64,000 bases of DNA from Takakia lepidozioides (taxonomy: Eukaryota > Plantae > Bryophyta): the NCBI GenBank assembly GCA_030704615.1, contig CM060732.1:40114001-40178000 (forward strand). The letters are read 5' to 3'. A program made the translations under genes and the position numbers. Under the pieces are notes generated by a model. That model was not told the DNA's origin. It searched no databases and was given only the letters and a program-made list of their open reading frames with translations. Below, piece after piece: positions 1 through 10,472 of this stretch (its first letter is position 1; every line of letters starts with the position of its first letter).

Positions 1-2
1 CA

Positions 3-211
3 CCTGGGCAAGATGGACCCGTCACTAGCCTCATGCAGGGAATGGACAAGAGAGGAGATGGACACCCGTGGTGCAGAACGAAGACATCCAATATTCAAAA
101 TCATGACAACCTCGTCTTCCGGAGAAGCCTGTGCAATGGGCACCTCATGTGCGAGAATTTGAATTGTAGGCATTTCCAACGGTTCAAGGTTCACAACTAG
201 TGCGAGTAGGA
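3..211 (+). pseudogene. N-terminal GCM-like Zn-binding region of a Mutator-like (MULE/SWIM) transposase, fragment
   Basis: Frame from nt 3 reads PGQDGPVTSLMQGMDKRGDGHPWCRTKTSNIQNHDNLVFRRSLCNGHLMCENLNCRHFQRFKVHN*CE*E. The DGHxW...T...R..C.GHL.C.N..C pattern matches GCM/WRKY-type domains at the N-terminus of MULE-like transposases. Two in-frame stops; runs into a G-tract terminus at 212. Confidence 0.6.
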
Positions 212-420
212 GGGGGGGAATGCTAGAGTGTGAGCCTAGCCACGCGAGCCCAGGAGCCTGTGAGCCCAAGAGCCTGATGTGAGCCCAGTCCACGTGGCAC
301 GAGAATGAGGGAAGATGCAGGGTGTATTTCCGCGTATGAGCACCCATTACCACGGAAACATGGCAAACACGACAAATCGGCAAATACAGCAAACACGACA
401 AACCCTAATCCTAACCCTTA
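212..420 (+). mobile_element. Left terminus/subterminal region of element 1 (G-run followed by repeated GTGAGCC motifs)
   Basis: GGGGGGG...GTGAGCC...GAGCCCAGGAGCCTGTGAGCCC...GTGAGCCCAG...TATTTCCGCG is colinear with the terminus at 9961-10088 (GGGGGG...GTGAGCC...GAGCCTGTGAGCCCAGG...GTGAGCCCAG...TATTTCCGCG). Confidence 0.65.
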
Positions 421-590
421 GCGAACTGCCATGTTCGTGAAGGGAAACAGGCTGGGAATTAAGGTGACGTCATTACAGCGGAAACACGGCAAACCGGGGA
501 AACACTGCAAATCGTAACCCCAAACCCTAACCCTAACCCTTAGCGAACTGCCATGTTCGCGGAGGGAAACATGGCTGGGAATTAAGGGGG
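401..590 (+). repeat. Two direct copies of a unit containing telomere-like CCCTAA motifs
   Basis: AACCCTAA.CCTAACCCTTAGCGAACTGCCATGTTCG...GGGAAACA(T)GGCTGGGAATTAAGG occurs at ~401-464 and ~523-587. Confidence 0.8.
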
Positions 591-659
591 TGTAAAGCCC
601 ATGAGAATTCAAAAAAATAAAAATAAAAATAAAAATATTTATTTATTTCCCGGCATTTG

Positions 660-1352
660 GATAGATGTCGTCAATGATCATCGTGAAATCAAGATCATGA
701 AGAAATTGAGTGCGTTGACGCACTCAGTTCTCCGCGGGGGGGGGGGGGGGGGGGGGGGGAGAAAAATAAAAATAAAAAATAAAAAATTTGTAATTTATTT
801 TTTTTGGGTTTCCCCCCCCCCGCGGAGAACTGAGTGTGTCAACGCACTCAATTTCTTCATGATCATCGACAACATCGACGACGGTGGTGTGCGGGTCCGG
901 ATTTTCACCTTGGGTACCCGGCGGGTTGGGGGGGGGGGGGGGAAAGAAAAAAAAACAAAACAAAACAAAACTTTTATTATTATTATTATTTTCGTCCCCC
1001 CCCCCCCCAGCGGAGAACTGAGTGCGTCAACGCACTCAATTTCCTCATGATAATGATTTCATGATGCTCATCGACGACATCGACGACAGTGTTGTGCAGG
1101 TCCGGATTTTAACCCCGGGTACCCGGCGGGTTGGGGAAGCGGGGGGGGGGGGGGGGGGGGGGCGGAGGAAGGCGAAAAACATAAAATAAAAAATTAATAA
1201 TAATCTTTTTTTCTTGTTTTGTTTTTTGTTCACACCCCACGGAGAATTGAGTGCGTCAACGCACTCAATTTCTTCATGATAATGATTTCAGGATGATCAT
1301 CGACGACAATGTTGTGCGGGTCCGGATTTTCACCCTGGGTACCCGGCGGGTT
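660..1352. repeat. Array of ~200-bp units (one inverted, three direct) with the palindrome GAGTGCGTCAACGCACTC and poly-G/poly-C tracts
   Basis: CGGAGAA(C/T)TGAGTG(C/T)GTCAACGCACTCAATTTC(T/C)TCATGAT at ~823, ~1010 and ~1240; reverse complement at ~694-737. Each direct unit continues GGTCCGGATTTT...GGGTACCCGGCGGGTT. Confidence 0.85.
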
Positions 1353-2148
1353 AGGGTTAGCATTTTTTTTATTGGCCATTTGGCCGCCTGAAAATCCCGT
1401 TGGCGAATGAAACAAATGGAAAAGTTTTCGCCAAAAACTAGGGGTCTCAAACAGGTCCTCGCCTGTGGACTCATTGGAGCAGCACAAATATAGCCATGGC
1501 GGGCCCCATGCAGGATGATCTGACGGGCCAGATGAGGAGTGGGTTTAGGATTGTGGGGCCTCCTTCGTTTCCCAAGGAGATGCTCGTCGCCGGTCTTGCG
1601 AGAACTATACACCTCATTTGTACCAATTAGCCTATTACGTAAGCTCCAAAGTGTCGAGGCTGCCACCTCCGTCGACGCAGACGCTTGGGGAACCTTCCCT
1701 ATTTTGGTTGATCACAATATTCAAGTATCTCAAAGCTTTTACGTTGCCACCTCCAACACTCCACATGCTTCCATAGGCCTAGTTTGATCTTTCAAGGTGC
1801 TCCTGTATGTTTGGCTACAACCTCCCTTCCATGGTATGCGCCGGCGCATATGCTTGGAGCTCCTTGAGCAAAAATTTCTTCAAGGGCCTCAAATCTTGTC
1901 AAATTTTGAGTTGGTTGCACATATGTGTCATATGTGCCGGCGTAGGTGGTCGGAGGTCCTCTGTCGGGATGCTCAGGCCCGTATTCTGCTCCAAGTTGTA
2001 AGCTTTGAAAGACAAGGATATTCATGGAATTAGTTGACTATCCAAATTCATTTGTTTACTTCATGCAACCATGACACTGAACTGCTCTTTTTACATATTA
2101 TACATTCACACATGTGCTCTTCTCATACACTGACATCTTGAACTGTAG

Positions 2149-5100
2149 AAATTAGGAAATTACTACTACAACTGAAGCTGTGGAGGCCGGGACGCTTGCA
2201 ACCATTATTGACGACATTGATGCAGGGAATTGGGGGCAGATGAGTATGAAGAGGATACAACATCTAGTGATCCTCTTTCTCTAGATGCCAAACAGGCAAT
2301 TATTCTGGAAAAGAAACAAGATCTGAATGTAACTTTTAGGTCCCTCCTCATTGAGGATGGAGTTATGGACATTCCATTGTGTCGCATGATTTCTATGCAG
2401 GTTGTTAGGCCCGCCCTTGCCAACGACATCCTAAAGCTTAGAGGAGACTTTTATTCTGGATACCATCCAGGAGCAGCCGTGTTCTATGTTTCTGTTGAGG
2501 GGATTGATGGATCTACTATAGATGTAGGTCCTGATATCATCTCTACATGGGATAGTCATTGGAAAACAGTCAATGATGAGTTTGAGAAGTATCTTGAGTC
2601 CAAGCCAAAGTTGCATCATCTTCGGGGAAGATGTTTCATGTCTGGGATGGGAATCATAGGCTTCAAGCATGATATCCCTATATCAATGAAGTTCATGGGG
2701 CCAACTTGTCAAGACATGTCTGTGTGACAAGTTGGGTGCTCAATGCGGACATTGAAAATCGTGGTTCCCTCAAGTCCATCATGGATGGAGTGAATGTGTG
2801 AGTTTCCTTTCTATTCTTCATTTACTTTCATGTTCAATGTTGTCATGTTCTTGCTCAATGGATGTACATATACACATCTTCTTTTAATAATCATATTTTA
2901 TATGTGCAGGGCAACAGAGAGGGCACATGTTACATCCAAATTTGTGCACTTGGTTTGCAAGGTCAATATGATTGGCCTTACACCTGTCTCTGAATGGAAG
3001 AATGTATTGAGGAAAGAGCAATACGACGAATGCATCAAGAAAGCAGGAAAGACTTGGTATAACCTGACAGTCCATGCAATGACAGAGATTTTGTACAATG
3101 TAACATCATGTCTTAACCAAGTTTCATTCTTTGCATCCATAGACAAGATTCACCTCTGGTTCATGTTATGAACTGTTTTGGTTCTTTTGGCAGCATGATA
3201 TTGTAAGGCCCAACGCATGGCGGGGGAAGCTTACAAACTTGCTGAGGGGCCAAAGAGTCAAGAGGGCCTTGAAGATACAATGAGACAGGCTGGATTGAAA
3301 GCAAGGGAGCAACACAAGAGTCAGCTTGTGAAGTTGCTTCCTATTGCTGATCCAACCCTTGGAGAGGGGTTTCTCCAAGAACTTAAACTGCATTGGTCAC
3401 GTGTAAAGGCAGGATCAGAGGAAATGACCCAAGAGAAAATGGTGAACATTGCTACCGCCCGGGTGGATCCTGAAGAAAAAGTGGAATGGCTACATATATG
3501 GAATGGAGACCAAACACTTCACGACCGTAATTTTTTTCCACCCGGGCCTATCAGTGGGCCAACACTTGATCCTTGGCTGAATAGAAGGACTTTTTGGTGG
3601 CAGGTACATATACATCACTATCTTCTCAATGCAATTAATTCATTTTGTTGATGACACATTAACATAGTTATTTAACTGACTGTATTTTCTGGCAGCTTCG
3701 CAAGGTTGCCTTGGCTCAGTTTGCCTTGTACACCACTCAGCTGGCCAATTTCATGTTGCCTTGGAGGAAGGAGAGAGTGAGAGTCTGGGAGACTACATGG
3801 ATACATGGAAGATGACTCATTTCAATGAGTTGTTTCATAGAGAGTTCTCATTGCCAAAGGGGCCATTCAGAGGCAATGATTGGGAACAACAAACAGGTGG
3901 GGAGAAGGTGGTGAGACGGATTTTATTCAGGTACATCTTTCCATTGCATTGTACATGGATAGTGTATACACCTTGTAAGTAAAAAATGTCTATGCTTCAA
4001 GTATTTTTCTAGTACATTGGCATATACATGTTTCTTAATGTGCTTGTTCAATTGTTGAACAGGTTGCATAAATATTTGTCTCCACAATAACTTTGAATGT
4101 GTTTTTATTTTAGGTACATGAGATTTGTGCTTGTACCGAGTGATCGACTTAAGGCTGAGCCCAAGTTTCTCATGGCCTGGAAGTTTGGTGCTCAACAAGC
4201 TTCCATGTACACACTTGCAATTGAGGAAGATTGGGGTGTGGAACACCGGGAAGGGGGGGGTTGGTATTTGGATATGCCTAAGGATACTATCCCCTATGCA
4301 GAAATGGGACTTCATAAGGAATGTGTTCGCAGGCAGTCAGTGAGTGATGAAGGGGGTATCTCCACTGAAGTCCCTGTTCTTGATCTGGAGCATGCAGAAC
4401 AGATTGCTACACAGGCCGCTGACGTGTAGCCCAAGTGGTCCCTGCCGTTGTGGGTGTACCAAAACGCAAATCATGAAAAAGAAAAGGTGCGGATGTCAAT
4501 GCAGGTGTGGCCCCCAATGCAGGTGTGGCTTCTATTGTGGTCCTATTGGTAGTTCTTCACATCCTTCAAAATCAGTTGGTTGTAGTGCCTGCACCTACTA
4601 CTCGAGGAAACAAGCCAAAGGCAGGTGAACATCCTTACAGTGCAGTGTCATTTTCTGGTGGTGCACCTAGCATGTATCGCATGAAGATCATGCCTACTCA
4701 TTTCATTGATATGGTGGAGGCCTCAAGTGCATCTCCTGATGCGACCTTCAAAGAGCTCATGGAGTTCTTAAAAATGTGAGTTTCCCCCAACAAACAAACT
4801 TGAATGTAAGGAATTCTTCGATGTTTTTATATCCTCATCATCCGGCTATTGACTCCTACATTTTCTATATGTTGTTTGCAGTTGCCAGGAACTTGGTCTA
4901 GTGTTGTGGATGGAAAAAGCGTGCATGTGGCTGTGGACATGATCATCGTGGATTGCCCAACAGGAATGCCTGTACAGGGCTGTTTGGATGGTATACAGGT
5001 TCCTCCCTGGAATGCTTTTGATAAACGGTATTGGGAGTATGCATTCTCCATTGCTAATGACCTGTTGGATGACAATGGATGCTTGGTGTTCTTGCAGGGC

Positions 5101-5902
5101 TCCGATGATTCTTTTGCATTGGAGCTCTTTTCTTACTCCAGGGGCAGCTCTATTTTCGTATTATCAAGGAAATATACTTGCATCAATACCACCCCTCTAC
5201 ACACTCAGACAGGAAAGGTAAAAATCATCCCTCTTCAATATCTCATTTGTTTGATGTTTCATCTTCCTACTCTCATACATATTATTAAACCATCCTGCAG
5301 GTTCTACATTTATTGCTGCTCACGAGTCTGGACGTCACGTATTTGGTCTTGAGGGGGGCCAGACGTTGTATGCAGCACGTCTCTCTGCACTTCAAAATAC
5401 TCAACCCGTTTTGGTTTCATCTGTGGTAACTCCAACCATTCAACGTCCTGTGAGTTTGTTGGAACCCCCCGCTCCTAAGGTGGCGCGCAAGCTTGGTCTT
5501 CATCTCGGCAGTACTTCCTAGTGAGTATGTCTCGCCTCCATTCCCTTTGTTGTAATCTCTATATTATTTGCAAAGCAAACCATTCCCATTTGATTTGTTA
5601 ACATAAGTATACATGTATGTATGATGCAGTGATGGGATTGTGCGGACCATCTACGATAGTCTACCCCAAAGTCCTCTTTCATCGTTTTATCTACCTTCGT
5701 ATGCCGAGTTCCAAGCTTTGCATTCAATACATCAACAACGTGATGTAGGTCTTCCAATGATCTGTTGTTTGACCGAAGAGCAGCTATTGTTGGACAATCC
5801 GTGGATAGGTTGCGTAGAGTTGAGGCTTTCATGGATGTGTATGCCTCTGAATCACAGGCTTATGACACGGATGATGAAGTATCAACTGATGATGTTATGT
5901 AG
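2149..5902 (+). pseudogene. Multi-exon ParB/Srx-like + beta-class amino-DNA-methyltransferase-like gene, copy 1 (element 1 cargo)
   Basis: GT-AG exons at about 2149-2796, 2910-3099, 3194-3603, 3696-3930, 4113-4775, 4882-5217, 5302-~5520 and ~5630-5902. ParB-like KMFHVWDGNHRLQA* at ~2628-2672 (frameshift near 2625; TGG>TGA). MTase motif-IV region VDMIIVDCPTG...PPWNAFD..YW..AF.....LLDDNGCLVFL, and C-terminal GSTFIAAHESGRHVFGLEG. Colinear with the copy at 10473-14312. Confidence 0.75.
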
Positions 5903-6858
5903 GTAATTAGAAATTACATATACAATACATTGTCCTCATTGTCAGTCCGAATTTTTTGTTATTTTTTATGATACATGTATTTCTCTCTAGTGTGAGGTAA
6001 AACAAATGGGGCAAATGACATGGTGTTGAAATCAGATTTCATGTTATCTTCCTGTCATTTGATTTATCTATGTAATAGTTTGTACATATATCTCTACTGC
6101 ATTTCATAGATCCCTTTACCTTAATGCAAGTTCGACATGCACTTCAGCACTATCAAATTTCATCATTAGTAAGATCAACCATTATGAGTATTGTGGCATG
6201 TTATGTACACACAGGATGACTATCTTTATCTCATTAGTGTTTCATTTCAGTAGTGTTCAAGTCTGAATGGGTAGTGTAGTGGTATGAACTAGGCTTGATA
6301 CCCGATAGGTTGTGGGTTCTATCTCTGATGGACATTATGTTTTTGTAAAATAAAAATGTTTCAGAAGATAGATATATAGATACTGCAAAACCTATGTAAC
6401 AAAGCTCCCTAGCATTGTCAAGCTCCCTAGCATTCCCTTAGCATTGCTCCATTCTGAACTTCAAACTAGACTCCCACCATTGGAAGAGCCCGTACCTTCA
6501 CCATTTGTATCTAACAAAGAGCCGTGCCTCGTCACTTTTTAATTTTTCGACCTTTTTTCTCATGTTGGAAAGCCATAAAAGCAACATGTTCATCTCCCAT
6601 TCCTACACTCACCCATGTGGAATAATAATACAATGAATATGGAATATTCTATATAGAATATTCTTATTCCATCCTTTGATATTTTGACTATGGACCCTAA
6701 GATTAGATGAATCACAATTTTTTTTTTTTTTTGGGTACCCTTATTTAAGTGTTGTGCATATAAAATTGTTCATATGCATATCTAACATTTGTATGCACGC
6801 ATACATTCCTCCATATGCATGCATTTGTGTGCGCATATAGTATAGGCTACCTCGTGCA

Positions 6859-7491
6859 GTGGATAGGGAAGGCTTTGTTTAGAATGTTGCAAGCATCAAG
6901 GGACAGTGTACGATGTCAGCAAACCTTCTTATCAATGAGCTTGAAAAAAGGTTTCCAGATTCTGAGATCATGAATGCTCTTGGTGTGGTGTACCCCAGTA
7001 CTAGCTGCAACCCGAGTGTGAGGATACATTTCCTCTACACATGGTGGTCATCAAACGAGCTTATTGTGTTTCCAAGCAAATAACACCTGCAGATACTTGG
7101 ATTTCTGAGCCCCTCAATGACAATTTGCTAGAAATGCAAACTTTTTTCTTTAAATTGACAATAAAAACACAGGCAAAGAAGGCCATGGAGGAGCCTTTCG
7201 ACATCAACCCCGTGACAAAACTCTCAACAAATGGCCTCGTTGTTCAACGCCTTGGTGAATTCATGAAGCTTGCTGAAATTGCAGTGGTTTAGGTCCTTGG
7301 CAGTGTTGCGGATGAACGCACGTTCAGTACTTTGACATTCATCAAGAACAAGCTACGTAATCGTTTGGTTGGTCACTTGAATACAACTGTCCGTATATAT
7401 GCACAGGATTTTTACAACAGAGATACCTTCCCTTCTCAAAGGCTATCAGTGATTGGATGGAGATGAAGACCCGTAGATCTGCTGATGCTTA
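6859..7491 (+). pseudogene. hAT (ZNF862-like) transposase C-terminal/dimerisation fragment
   Basis: LINELEKRFPDSEIMNALGVVYP...FMKLAEIAVV*VLGSVADERTFSTLTFIKNKLRNRL...YAQDFY; the SxxxERxFSxLxxxKxxLRNRL hAT dimerisation signature is present. Stops and frameshifts. Confidence 0.85.
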
Positions 7492-7519
7492 GGGCTCTTG
7501 CCTGGTTTCTTGTCCAACG

Positions 7520-7860
7520 ACGCTACCGCGTGAGCGTGCGCTCACGCTATGCTGACATGGCGTGAGCGTAGGGGACCAGCAGCTCATGTGGCGTGAGCGT
7601 CGGCTCACGCTGACGTGGCGTGAGCGTGAGGGTGATGTGGCGTGAGCGTGCTGACATGGCAGTGAACAACGTGATGTGGCAGTCATCATGCCTATGTGGA
7701 AGTCCACATGTCCACGTGGGATTCGGCGAATGTGGCGGACGCCATATCAACAGAAACATGTAGCGCCTATAGCCGAGGCACCTATTGCCGTGGCATTCAT
7801 TCAGGGTAATTAGAATACGAAAACACCGGAAATGGGAAACCGGAAACAAATCCACGCATG
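7520..7860 (+). mobile_element. Subterminal repeat block (GCGTGAGCGT / GCTGACRTGGCGTGAGC) of a third MULE-like end, adjacent to the 3' end of the SWIM transposase
   Basis: About five GCGTGAGCGT copies plus GCTGACGTGGCGTGAGC, which also occurs in the element-2 terminus (16892-16908). Confidence 0.55.
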
Positions 7861-7955
7861 CTTATCCATCCCATTTATGTTGCATTGATCACACTATTAA
7901 AATGGCACACATTCATCAGTTGTGGAAATTGAATTGGACGAAAGTCAGCTTCTTC

Positions 7956-9515
7956 CTATGTGCTTTTATCCCGCTGCATAAGTGTATTCACCTCGTTGAA
8001 ACTCATGGTGGCCTCGTGAATGAAGATGTCGCGTTTGGGATCACAAATCATTCTGTTCAAGAAGATAAAATAAAGATGCTTGTAGGGTATAAATTTGCCT
8101 CTCTTTCCCAAACTTGTTGAAAGCATGCCAACAAAATCAGGACAGGTGCAGTTGGGGAAATTTGAAACTGTGATGTCGTAGAATCTGTCATGGATAGCAG
8201 ATGTAGAGGTCATCATAGTGTAGATCCGACCATACCCGGGATCTGCAACTTCCGTAGTGCCTGCAACACATCCTAGAAGCATTCGAGCGGATTCCACCTT
8301 GCCGAAGTGCTCGGCAATTGGAGGGAAACGACGTACTACTTTCCCATTTCTTTTTGTTGGCCATGCATCTGGGTTGGCTGGTGGCACTCTAGAACTTCCT
8401 GAAGTGGAAGCACTTGCACGCACAGAGGCTTCTCGCTGAAGGGAGAACCCTGCCTCCTCCAACATTGCAATCTCCTGACTTGTGAGATGTGTTCCCACCT
8501 TGACTGGCCAAACGGTCAGTGGAGGAGGCTTCATGACCACTGATGGTTGCACGGTCCCACGCACGTACCTACCACAGTCGTCAGCACAGAACTAGAATTT
8601 ATGGTTTTTCGCCTCTGCCTGTCCATAAGGCTGGAACATACCATTGAAGGTCAATGCTGGAGTGCAGGCACTGCCTCTGGATATGAATGACTTGCACTAC
8701 CACACTTCGTCGGAGCAGGTGGACTCCACCACAGATGAGAGCAAGTTTGACTCATTGAGAGTGGGAGATGCTGGCGTACTTTGTGAGAAACGTTGCTCCG
8801 CACTGGATATTCCAGAGACGAACCTCTCATGTAATGGAACACGCGGAATGAAGAAGTTGTCCTTGTCCGCCATGTGCGAGTCTGCATCCGACCCAGGAGG
8901 GGTGTTCAATTTCCGTTTACAAGACCCGAATCTCTCCTCGCCCTCCAGATGGGGAACTCTGGACACCAAAGGAGTTCCCTCCGCACACATGCTGACAGCT
9001 CTGGCAATCTTGTTTGGATCCCCCGATCTTTTTTTGCAGCTCGCAACATCAACTCAGACTTGTCAGGGCCTTTGCCACCAACGCCACCCCTCAAGAAATC
9101 GCGATATCTCGTTTGTTGCTGCAGAGCTCGAATGAGATCATCTGTCGTCGCCAGATACAAATCCCGCCCCCGTTTTCCAGACTGTTGCAACCATGCATTG
9201 TGCACTGTCTCCGCTAGATTGCAAGAGGGCATGTCCGCATTCTCCTCAATTGACAAGTGTTGCAGAAAAGGGAAAACACACATCAGGACAGACAGGTACA
9301 CCCCATGACAGCAAACATGATTGGTAATGCATACAAAGCCAATGAGAATACATGATCTGAAATTCAGGTACCGTTGTCATGCATGCTCTCCATTGTCTAC
9401 CGGAAGTGCCAAAATGCTAGCCAGTCTTCCAGCACTCTCATACTGTCTTCTGATACAGCCCCAGATGAGAACCACTAGGCACGAATCGACTGGAACAAAG
9501 TATTCGCCTCCGCCA
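7956..9515 (-). pseudogene. Mutator-like (MULE) transposase C-terminal half with SWIM zinc finger
   Basis: Minus strand gives ...FQSIRA*WFSSGAVSE...WLAFWHFR (~9395-9510), then PSCNLAETVHNAWLQQSG (candidate catalytic Glu motif NLAE), GKGPD..EL, and SWIM YDITVSNFPNCTCPDF...IPYKHLYFIF (third Cys mutated to Tyr). Stops and frameshifts; N-terminal half absent. Confidence 0.75.
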
Positions 9516-10472
9516 TCATTAATACAGAAACCGGTTTTTTTAACGGCTCTTCTCACACATTTTGGTGTGAAAAGAGCCCAAGTTCACACCCCCCCTTGGT
9601 GTCAGGTTAACCTAGTCCTTTGCACCACATGTGAACTTTCTTGGTCCTATGAAAAAAACCATCTCACACCAAACTTGCACCTGATGTGGCAGTAGGTTTA
9701 GGTGGCTCTTTTTACGGATATTTTGACGGTCGTTTTGACTGGTTAGTTCAACTACTATTTTGACTAAGTAATCTTAATGGTCTTTCTACGGTACTTATTA
9801 CACCTCATTGCCACCATGTCTGCCACATGTATGTCAAAGGGAATGCCACGTAATAGAGTCCATCAGAATTATTAAATAAATAATAGATATTAAGGGCTCT
9901 TCGTACGGATTCTCTCACACAGATTTAACACCAGGTTCAAGTCGTGGTGTGATCGCAATGGGGGGGTGCTATTCCGTGAGCCTGGAGGCGTGAGCCTGTG
10001 AGCCCAGGAAAGCGTGAGCCCAGCACAGGCTCACGCCACGTCAGCATGCAAACAGTGCCTATTTCCGCGGATGTCACCTATTTCCGAGTGGTGTCACCTA
10101 TTTCCGCGGGTTGATGTGGGGAGAATTGAGAATGCCTGAACAGTCTTTGATGAGGTGGACTTCACCGTGATGGATTCACCAACCATTCTTCTAGCAGGAA
10201 TGGTTTGGGGACGTACTAGCAAATGATGCGAGAATGATGTAAACGAACCAAAGTGGTTTGTTTGTTTTTGCAATGTACTCAAGTCTGTGAGGTCCACAAA
10301 ACAACAAATATATTGAAGGAACAATCCGGGCAGTCCATGCAACCCCCATCTCCAACAATAGTTTGGAACCATGAATGTGAATTCCACGCACACATTGCAA
10401 AGAGGACAATAAAGACACACAACCATCCCATTTCAAATTTGTCCCAGAATTAAACCAAAAGAATACTTCATA

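Noticed and set aside
601-1050. 149-aa ORF with poly-Gly and poly-Pro
   Set aside because: Translation of homopolymer tracts in the repeat array.
660-1352. CRISPR-like array of palindromic repeats
   Set aside because: Units are ~200 bp with low-complexity, mutually similar spacers; no cas genes; eukaryotic context.
9541-9910. Possible Harbinger/MITE termini (GGCTCTT...CACAC motifs, short hairpin at ~9545-9578)
   Set aside because: Could not pair the ends or find a TSD with confidence.
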